A DNA stretch of 64,000 bases from an uncultured Bacillota bacterium (GTDB taxonomy: Bacteria > Sysuimicrobiota > Sysuimicrobiia > Sysuimicrobiales > Segetimicrobiaceae), in NCBI GenBank assembly GCA_963804645.1, contig CAWDRG010000009.1, forward strand, positions 1,248,001-1,312,000, read 5' to 3'. This document shows, one piece after another, positions 56,689 through 64,000 of this stretch. The notes under the pieces were generated by a model. That model saw nothing but the letters and a program-made list of their open reading frames with translations, was not told the origin of the DNA and did no database searches. Each line of letters opens with the position of its first letter. Position 1 is the first letter of the stretch. Made by a program: the position numbers and the translations under genes.

Positions 56689-57681
56689 ATGATCGTTGAC
56701 GTGCACAGTCATTTTTTCCCGGACCGGTTTCTCGCGGCGCTGGCGCGGGACGGCGCGGCGCACGGCGCGCACGTCGAGGACACCCCGTCGGGCAAGATCG
56801 TGTGGAGCAGCCCGAGACAGGCCTCGCCCATCGGGCCGGTGTTCTACGACGTGGCGGCCCGGCTCGACGCCGTGGACCGGTGGGGGATCGGGCTGCAGGC
56901 ACTGTCGCTGTCCCCGCCGATGCTGTACTGGGCGCCGGCCGCGCTCGGGCGGGACCTCGCGGCCGTGTTCAACGATGAGCTCGCGGCGATCGCGGCCGCC
57001 CACGCCGACCGGTTCGTCGCGCTCGCGACCCTCCCCCTCCAGGATATCGACGCCGCGGTGGCCGAAACCGCGCGCGCCGCTCGACTCGGGTGCCGGGGCA
57101 TCTACATCGGGACGAATGTGAACGGACGCTACCTGGACGATCCGGCGTTCGGGCCGCTGTGGGACGCCGCCGTCCGGCTGCGCCTGCCCGTGTTCACCCA
57201 CCCGCTGCACAACGCCGGCGAGGAGCGGATGACGGGATGGCACCTGCCCAATTCCGTGGGGAACCCCGGGGAAACGGCCCTGTGCGGGGCGCGGCTGATC
57301 ATGGCCGGCGTGCTGGATCGATTCCCCGATCTCGAGATCGTGCTCGCCCACGGCGGCGGCACGCTGCCGTTTCTGGCCGGACGGCTGGATCACGCCTACG
57401 CGGTGCGGCCGGAGGCCAAGACGGCGATTCCCGCGCCGCCGTCGGCCTACCTTCGGCGGCTGTACTTCGACACCATTACCTTCAACGACGAGGCGCTGCG
57501 GTTCTTGATCAAGACCGTCGGACCCGAGCGCGTCATGCTCGGGACCGACTACGCGTACGACATGGCCGATGCCGACGCGATCGCACGCGTCCGACGACTC
57601 GCTCTTGGCTCGAGCGACACCGAGGCGATTTGCGGCCGCACCGGAATGCGCGTGCTCGGTCGTGCGCCGACCGGACGCTGA
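56689..57681 (+). CDS. Amidohydrolase_2 family (ACMSD-like)
   Basis: DVHSH, FTHP, LAHGGG, LGTDY. Confidence 0.9.
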   Translation: MIVDVHSHFFPDRFLAALARDGAAHGAHVEDTPSGKIVWSSPRQASPIGPVFYDVAARLDAVDRWGIGLQALSLSPPMLYWAPAALGRDLAAVFNDELAAIAAAHADRFVALATLPLQDIDAAVAETARAARLGCRGIYIGTNVNGRYLDDPAFGPLWDAAVRLRLPVFTHPLHNAGEERMTGWHLPNSVGNPGETALCGARLIMAGVLDRFPDLEIVLAHGGGTLPFLAGRLDHAYAVRPEAKTAIPAPPSAYLRRLYFDTITFNDEALRFLIKTVGPERVMLGTDYAYDMADADAIARVRRLALGSSDTEAICGRTGMRVLGRAPTGR

Positions 57682-57712
57682 CACGACGCCGTGAGTCCCG
57701 GGGGGTAGCGTC

Positions 57713-58704
57713 ATGCGGGCCATGGTGATCGAGCGCTACGGCGCGCCGCTCGCGCCGCGCGACCTGCCGGTGCCCGTCCCCGGTCCCCACGAGGTGCTCG
57801 TACGGGTGCTCGGGTGCGGCGTGTGCCGCACCGACCTCAAGATCGTGTCCGGGGCGATGCCATTCTCACACGACGTCCCGCTGCCGCATGTGCCTGGTCA
57901 CGAGATTTCGGGCGAGATCGCAGCGCTCGGCGCCGGGGCCCGGGGCGCCGTCGGTGACCGGGTCGTGGTGTTCAACTACTGGTCCTGCGGGCGGTGCGTC
58001 CAGTGCCAGGCGGGCGAGGAGACCCTGTGCGAACACCTGCGCGGATGGGTCGGGTTCACGAGCCCGGGCGGATTTCAGGAGTTTCTTGCCGTTCCCGATG
58101 ACTGTGTCCTCCCGCTGCCGGCCACCGTCCGTCCCGAGCACGGGGGCCCCCTGTCGTGCGCGGTTGGCACGGCGTTCCACGCCACGGTGTCCCGGGGCGG
58201 GGTGCGCGCCGGCGAGACCGTCGCGGTCCTCGGCGCCGGCGGGGTCGGCCTGCACATCATCGAGGTGGCGCGGGCGGCCGGCGCCGGCACGTTCGCGGTG
58301 GACGTGCAGCCGCACCGCCTGGACGCGGCGCTGGTAGTCGGCGCCGATGCCGCGTTTCCGGCCGGTGCCGAGGCCGTCGCCGGCGTGAGACAGGCTACCG
58401 GCGGGCGCGGTGCCGACTTGGTGCTCGATACGGTCGGGCACGACGACTCGCTGCTGGCGGCGTCGCAACTCGTGCGAACGGGAGGCAGGATCGTGCTGGT
58501 GGGATACACCACCCGGGCGGAGGAGTATCCGCGCCTTCCCAGTCACGGGCCGGACGAGCCCGCGCGCGACGAGATCGAACGCGCGGCGCAGCTCCGCGCG
58601 CGTCACATAGCGCGATCCGATCACCGTCAGCTGCCCCAGCGCGACCCGCGCTCGGGCGCGGGACGATCGTGCGCACGGGCACGGGTCGGACTCGCCACGA
58701 CTAA
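57713..58704 (+). pseudogene. Zn-dependent alcohol dehydrogenase with inverted / damaged C-terminus
   Basis: CGVCRTD, PGHE, C..C..C...C, GAGGVG intact; the expected IGSRY...RPV segment lies on the minus strand at 58544-58651. Confidence 0.8.
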
Positions 58705-60452
58705 TGGGTTCCGTGCAGGAGGTTCTGTAATGCGGGCGGCAGTCCCGGGATGTTCGGCAATGACGGTCCCTGCGGCTGCGGCTGTCCAGATGTCTGCCCG
58801 CCTGTGAGCTGCGGCACTCCGGTCGCGGCGAACTTCGGGTTGCTGACCGTTCCTCCAATGGAGAACGATACGACGGCGGTGGTCGCGCCTGCGGCGCCCG
58901 GGACGATGCGGCTCAGCAGCGCGGCGGGCGACAGCGCGCCCCCCGACGTCAGGGAGACGATGCCGGTGCCCGCATAGTTCAGCGTGCCGTCGAACCCGAC
59001 GCTGCCGTGGGCCGTTCCCCGGATCGCGTTGGCATCGAGCCGCAGTGCGGTGCTGTACACGCGCTCCCGTGCGATGCGCACGTCTCCGCCGAGCGAGCGA
59101 AACGACGTGGTCCCTCCCGGGACCCCGACCTGCAGCGACTTGGCTATTTGCGCCAGCTGGCTCGGCATGCTGATCCCGGGCAGCGTCCCGTTGACCACGG
59201 CAAAGGTGCCCGTGCCCGCGAGTGCCGCGAGCGGGTCCGCGCCGAATGCGGTCGAGACGTCGAGATCGGCCTGCAGCGTGCCGGTCACGCCAGGGTTCTG
59301 AGGCGCGGCGGCACGCAGCAGGTCCGCCAGGTTGACGCCGCGCACCGCGGCGGTCGCCACCGCCGGGAGATTCGCTGCCGCGTAATCGACCCGCGCGCTC
59401 CCCCGCACGGTGCCGCCGTATGCGGACAGCTGGTAGGGGTCGGCGCGGACCGTGTCCGTGTAGATGGCGAGATGGCTGTGAATCTGCGTGACGGTGAACG
59501 GCGGGACGACGGCGCGGTTGATGGTGACCTCGCCGCGCGCGATCAGGCGCCGCGGTCCCGGCGGACCCGAGAGGGACGAGCCCGGCTGCGTGCTCAGGAG
59601 GCGCCGAACGGTAGTGAGGTCGAGCTCCGGGATCTCCGCGGCGAACGTGATCAACGGCGGGTTCATGCCGACGATGGCCGCGGTGCCCGAGGCACGAATC
59701 GTCCCGAGCGTGACGGCAAACGTGGCCGTGCTCCGTCCGTCCCGCAGCGCGATCTTACCCGACTGCACCACGATGGGCATCGTGACCAGCGGCGTGACGA
59801 TCCGTGCGTGTGTCAGGGTCGCGGTGACGGAGAGGTGGCCCATCCAATCCGGCGCGCTCGGATCGACGGCTCCGACCGTGGCGTTGAGACCGCTCAGCGT
59901 GACGACGGGCGCCGTGTGTGTGTGCCGCGCGTCGAGGGTGTCGACCGTGAGGGTCACATTGGTGATCGTAATCGCGCCGATGGGAGCGAGGCTGATGAGG
60001 GGCTGCGCCCCCGGTGCGGCGGCTGTGACCGGCGGGCTGGGATGCGGGAGCGCCGGCGCGCCGTAGTTCGTCCGGCCCGCTGGATCGTTCAACAGGGTGA
60101 CCTGGACTCCGCTGACCGCGATCGATCGGATTTGCAGCCGGCGCGCGAGCAGCGCCCGAGGCTCGATCCCGAGATCCACGGAGCGCGCCTCGAGCGCGTT
60201 GCCGCGCGGGAATCCTGTCGGATTCAGGAGGCGCACGTCCGACGCGTGGACGTGCACGCGCGGCCACAGCTCGAGCCGAAGCGATCCGATCTGGACCTGG
60301 TGTCCCGTGCTGGACGTCAGGTACTGCTCGAGCAGGGGCCGGTAGCGGTCGACCGGGACCAGAAACGGCGTGGCCGCGCCAGCCGCGACGACGAACACCA
60401 CGGCGCCCACCGCCCAAATCCACCAGCGTGTTCTGCCCCGTGTATTCCCCAT
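58701..60452 (-). CDS. AsmA family protein
   Basis: N-terminal TM; VDRYRPLLEQ...TG..V.IG; C-terminal G.V.FDG.L, IGGTVSNP. Confidence 0.85.
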   Translation of the reverse strand: MGNTRGRTRWWIWAVGAVVFVVAAGAATPFLVPVDRYRPLLEQYLTSSTGHQVQIGSLRLELWPRVHVHASDVRLLNPTGFPRGNALEARSVDLGIEPRALLARRLQIRSIAVSGVQVTLLNDPAGRTNYGAPALPHPSPPVTAAAPGAQPLISLAPIGAITITNVTLTVDTLDARHTHTAPVVTLSGLNATVGAVDPSAPDWMGHLSVTATLTHARIVTPLVTMPIVVQSGKIALRDGRSTATFAVTLGTIRASGTAAIVGMNPPLITFAAEIPELDLTTVRRLLSTQPGSSLSGPPGPRRLIARGEVTINRAVVPPFTVTQIHSHLAIYTDTVRADPYQLSAYGGTVRGSARVDYAAANLPAVATAAVRGVNLADLLRAAAPQNPGVTGTLQADLDVSTAFGADPLAALAGTGTFAVVNGTLPGISMPSQLAQIAKSLQVGVPGGTTSFRSLGGDVRIARERVYSTALRLDANAIRGTAHGSVGFDGTLNYAGTGIVSLTSGGALSPAALLSRIVPGAAGATTAVVSFSIGGTVSNPKFAATGVPQLTGGQTSGQPQPQGPSLPNIPGLPPALQNLLHGTH

Positions 60453-60552
60453 CGCTGCGCTGGCGTCCAATCACGGCGTGCCGCCGTGTGCGGACGTCCT
60501 TCTCACCGCTCCGGCATCAGTCGCATACGTCAATGATACCTGGAGCGGGCGG

Positions 60553-61548
60553 TTACCGCCACGGCGGCGTGAGGCCGAGCTGCTCGAGCTTGGCCTCAAG
60601 TTCCGCGCGTTCGCGATTGCTGGCCAGGCTGCCGTCCTTTCTCCGGGTGAGCAGGCCGTGCTCCTCGGCTGTTTTCATCGCTCCCGCGGGGTCGTGTCGG
60701 CTCAGCAGCCGCACGACGGCCGCCTCGATGCGGGAGAAGTGGACGGCGTGCCGACGGTAGTCGAGGAACGCCTCCCAGACCAGGGGCACCCAGTTTGCGA
60801 CGATCTCGCTGCCGATGGTGGTTGCGTAACAGCGGATCTCATACTGGGCGTGGTCGTCCATCCGGAGGTCGAGGAAGTGCAGGAGGTTGTGAAGATCGAT
60901 CTTCCAGTACGCCTCGGTGTAGGTCGAGAGCGGCAGATCCTTCCTGGCCTGCTCCCGCGCCACGCCTGCGGCGATGCGCTCCTGATAGACGGCCCGCGCC
61001 CGCTCCTGAAGGTCGCGCTCCTCGGCGCTGAGACGGCTTCCCACGTCGGCGGGCACGGTGCCGCTGCTTCCCTGTCGATTCAGTGTCGACTGCAGGCGCC
61101 ACTCGCCGGGCGGGGTGCGCTGGGCGGCATCGATGGCGACCGAGTAGCGGGTCGAGTACTCGTTCACATTGGCGGTGCGGTGGCGGATGTACTGCCGCCA
61201 CGTGTCCATCGGAACGCGGAGGTGCAGCTTGAGTTCGCACATCTCGAACGGCGTCGTGTGGCGGTGGCGCATGAGGTAGCGGATCAGGCCGCGGTCCTGG
61301 TGTACGCGCTTCGTGCCCGATCCATACGAGATACGCGCCGCTTGCACGACGGCCGCGTCGTCTCCCATATAGTCGAGGAGGCGGATGAAGCCGTCATCCA
61401 GGACCTGAAGCGGTCGTCCGAGGATCGCATCGAGCGCGGGCACGCTGGGCCGTGTGAGGACCTCGGCAACGGGGCGGCCGTCCGCGTCCGGAACGCGTTC
61501 GGCGGATCCGGTGAGACCGGGGTCGGTATCGGAGAGATGGCGGCTCAT
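60553..61548 (-). CDS. thyX: FAD-dependent thymidylate synthase
   Basis: AARISY, HTTPFE, RHRTANVNEYSTRY signature, HAQYEIR. Confidence 0.96.
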   Translation of the reverse strand: MSRHLSDTDPGLTGSAERVPDADGRPVAEVLTRPSVPALDAILGRPLQVLDDGFIRLLDYMGDDAAVVQAARISYGSGTKRVHQDRGLIRYLMRHRHTTPFEMCELKLHLRVPMDTWRQYIRHRTANVNEYSTRYSVAIDAAQRTPPGEWRLQSTLNRQGSSGTVPADVGSRLSAEERDLQERARAVYQERIAAGVAREQARKDLPLSTYTEAYWKIDLHNLLHFLDLRMDDHAQYEIRCYATTIGSEIVANWVPLVWEAFLDYRRHAVHFSRIEAAVVRLLSRHDPAGAMKTAEEHGLLTRRKDGSLASNRERAELEAKLEQLGLTPPWR

Positions 61549-61669
61549 CGCGAGTTGCCCGCGGCGGCGGGCGGCGAGTCCGAGCGGCGGCGACTGTGGA
61601 CGGTTCGCCTGGTTCGTGGCGGGAGCCGCCGGATCTCGTTCGTCAGCGACACGTGCGCGCGAGCCACGG

Positions 61670-62323
61670 TTACTGGCACGCCGGTAGCGAAATCGTGATC
61701 GGCACGCCGAAGTCGTAGTAGTCGATGGTGACCTGGCCCGTTTGTCCGGAGGCGGAGCCGGTGGACATGGCGCGCCGCGGCAGTCCGGTGGTGGACGCGA
61801 CATCGATCGTGGTGTTGGTCATGACGTTGCCGTCCGCAGCGGTCGTCACCGCCACGTATGTGTGCATCGGAACGTTGTCGATCGTCGTGGCCGGTCCGCG
61901 CGAGATGTTGATGGTGCCCTGCAATCCCTGGGTAAAGTTCGCGATCTCCGTGGGATCCGTCGGCAGCATGCCCGGCCCACAGTCCCAGTCGGTCGCGCCG
62001 TTCGCGGTCGTCAGGCGGTGGCGGCTTTGGCCTGCCACCGTGATGTCCTCTTCCCCCAGGCCGGCGTCGAGGAGGAACGTTGCATGCGAACGATCGGGCA
62101 GCACCTCCCACGTCAGCGTCCCGTTTCCCTGCGGCGTGACCGTCTGGATCTTCATCTTAAACGCGGGCAGCGCGAGCAGCTTCTGAAACGCGGCATTGAG
62201 TTCTTGCCACGCGGCTTGGTCACCCGTGATCTGCAGGTTGGCCTGGGACGCACGGGCGCACGCGAGTATCGCGATCGCCGCCAGCGCCGCCGACAGCCAC
62301 CTTCTCCCCGGCGGATAACGCAT
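61670..62323 (-). CDS. Secreted hypothetical protein (LolA/LppX-like fold suspected)
   Basis: GGAGG RBS; signal peptide; TGLPRR...IDYYDFGVPITI.LP. Confidence 0.65.
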   Translation of the reverse strand: MRYPPGRRWLSAALAAIAILACARASQANLQITGDQAAWQELNAAFQKLLALPAFKMKIQTVTPQGNGTLTWEVLPDRSHATFLLDAGLGEEDITVAGQSRHRLTTANGATDWDCGPGMLPTDPTEIANFTQGLQGTINISRGPATTIDNVPMHTYVAVTTAADGNVMTNTTIDVASTTGLPRRAMSTGSASGQTGQVTIDYYDFGVPITISLPACQ

Positions 62324-62587
62324 CGGGTACCTCCAAGAGCACCTCCTCGTGCAGTTCGTCGGCGGCGCCTGCGTTCCTGTGAGTGAACACGGTCCAAGAC
62401 CGCGCACGGCGCGCAACGGCTGCGCGTCGTACCGCATGCAACCGCGCGCGCTTGCCGGGGCTTCTCGGCTTGGGGGTCGACCGGGTGCCGTGGTGAGGTC
62501 GCGGCGGCCGTGCCCCGTCAGGAACTTTTCGAGGCTCCCGGGCGCTTTCGAAACCATTCGGGTCCGAGACGTGAAAGGGGTTTGTGA

Positions 62588-63214
62588 ATGATGCGGCTCA
62601 CCGCATGTGGGATGTTCGTCCTCGCGCTGGCCCTGGGGGGCGCCCCCGCGTGGGCGCAGCAGACGCAGCAGACGCCCGCCGCGCACCCGGCCGCGAAGGG
62701 GGCGCGCGTGATCGGCACGATCAGCACCGCGTCGCCCGGCACGATCGTGGTGACGGGGCGCGACGGCAAGGCGATCACGGTCAAGACGACGGCGGGGACC
62801 AAGATCGTCGGCCGCGCCAAGGGGACCGTGACGCAGATCGCGGTCGGCGATACGATTCGCGTCGTGGCGGACGAGGGGCAGGACGGCACGCTGACCGCGA
62901 CGGGCGTGCAGGACGTCGCGGCGAGCGTCGGGCTGCCGGTTCGCGGACGCGGCGGCGAGAGACAGACACAGAACGGGCAGACGCTGGTCGCCGGCACGGT
63001 CGCGCAGGTGCGTGACGGCGCGGTGTCGATCACCTCCGCCGACGGCAGCGCGACCACCGTCGGCGTGCCGCAGTCGGCGCGGATCGAGCGGCTCTCGACA
63101 CTGCCGTCGGGGAGCCTCGCGGTCGGCGCGCGCGTGATGGTGCAGGGCACGCCGAACCAGGATGGGAGCGTGAGCGCGCTCGTCGTGTTGGTGGACGGAA
63201 CGGCGGCGCACTGA
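62588..63214 (+). CDS. Secreted DUF5666-like (tandem OB-fold) protein
   Basis: Signal peptide; two repeats of G.V...T...I.VG..V.V.G...DG.L.A. Confidence 0.75.
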   Translation: MMRLTACGMFVLALALGGAPAWAQQTQQTPAAHPAAKGARVIGTISTASPGTIVVTGRDGKAITVKTTAGTKIVGRAKGTVTQIAVGDTIRVVADEGQDGTLTATGVQDVAASVGLPVRGRGGERQTQNGQTLVAGTVAQVRDGAVSITSADGSATTVGVPQSARIERLSTLPSGSLAVGARVMVQGTPNQDGSVSALVVLVDGTAAH

Positions 63215-63230
63215 CGGACCGGCAGCGGCA

Positions 63231-63270
63231 CGCGGCGGGAGGCTCCCTCGGAAGCCCCCGCCGCGTTGTT
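63231..63270. terminator. Hairpin between convergent genes
   Basis: CGCGGCGGG-AGGCT...AGCC-CCCGCCGCG-TTGTT. Confidence 0.6.
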
Positions 63271-64000
63271 ACGGCTTCGCGCAGAGCAGCACGAGTTCGT
63301 CCCAGGCGAACTGCACGTCCGCGCCGTCTCGGCGGATCTGGAACGCGGCCGCGGCGTCGGGGGGCGCGGTGAGAAACTCCGCCCGCAGCGACTCCGCGAC
63401 GTCGGCCGTCACGCCGGCTCGCCGCACCCAGTCGTCGAACGTCAGCGGCACGTGCGTCATCACGGCCGCGTTCACGCGCAGTCCGCACTCCTCGAACAGC
63501 GCACGGAGACGGCTCGGCGGGTCACAGGCCACGTGCGAGGGGTCGCGTCGAACTTCCCAGCTGTTCATCAGCGCGGCGAGACGCGCGTCCTCCGGCGCGC
63601 ACGTATCGACGAGGACGATGCGGCCGCCCGACCGTGCGACGCGCGCCATCTCCGCCACCGCCTGCGTGAGGTGCGGGAAGTGGTGAGCGGCGTGGCGGCA
63701 CGTGACGAGATCGAACGCGCCGCTGCGGAACGGCATCGCCTCCGCGTCGCCGAGGCAGAACTCCACGTTCGTGACGCCCCGCCCGGCCTGCAGGGCGCGC
63801 GCCTCGCGCAGCATGCCGGCCGTCATGTCGAGCCCGACGACCCGCCGGCAGTGGGGCGCGAGCGCCAGCGCGGTGAATCCGGTGCCGGTGGCGACGTCGA
63901 GCGCGCCCTCGGAGGCCGCGGGCGCGGCGAGGCGCAGCAGCGCGTCGAGCCCTTCCGAGTGCCGGTGCACCTGGCTCACCGCGTACCAGGCGGCCTGGCG
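63269..64000 (-). CDS. Class I SAM-dependent methyltransferase (5'-partial)
   Basis: LDVATGTG, GDAEAMPF, FDLVTCR.AAHHF, RDPSH. Confidence 0.92.
   Translation of the reverse strand, partial: RQAAWYAVSQVHRHSEGLDALLRLAAPAASEGALDVATGTGFTALALAPHCRRVVGLDMTAGMLREARALQAGRGVTNVEFCLGDAEAMPFRSGAFDLVTCRHAAHHFPHLTQAVAEMARVARSGGRIVLVDTCAPEDARLAALMNSWEVRRDPSHVACDPPSRLRALFEECGLRVNAAVMTHVPLTFDDWVRRAGVTADVAESLRAEFLTAPPDAAAAFQIRRDGADVQFAWDELVLLCAKP

Noticed and set aside
60553..61548. thyX (or ssb) as evidence of a prophage
   Set aside because: No phage structural, terminase or integrase genes; the context is chromosomal.
561..63211. Many long alternative-frame and antisense ORFs (e.g. 561-2357, 6321-8213, 8176-10059, 35616-37589, 59007-60536)
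   Set aside because: R/A/P/G-rich shadows of real genes, as expected in high-GC DNA; no motifs.

Overview
High-GC bacterial chromosomal segment from a probable diderm (AsmA-like and PEP-CTERM genes are present); the lineage cannot be fixed from sequence alone. Most of the window is housekeeping or metabolic. It includes an FMN-riboswitch-controlled ribD-ribE-ribBA-ribH operon, Fe/Mn SOD, tRNA-Leu(CAG), tRNA-Arg(CCG), TatD, an M48 peptidase, ComB, agmatinase, ThyX and two carbohydrate-ABC catabolic clusters of unknown substrate. Four observations stand out. (1) Downstream of tRNA-Arg(CCG) is an integrase-less array of about 98-bp att-like repeats (tRNA 3' end, a conserved spacer and a tandem TGATAACG). 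Each repeat is followed by one or two small cargo genes (two PEP-CTERM proteins, a cupin, small secreted or membrane proteins), resembling a tRNA-anchored gene-cassette array. (2) A Kelch beta-propeller protein carries an exactly mirror-symmetric ladder of 14 cysteines at 11-residue spacing inserted into its first blade. (3) A stand-alone ssb / Replic_Relax / VirD4-like module has a repeat-rich intergenic region and no T4SS or integrase nearby. (4) A Zn-alcohol dehydrogenase has an in-frame 108-bp internal inversion. Two other genes carry single-base frameshifts, so assembly error must be considered. All calls are by eye from motifs; no searches were run.
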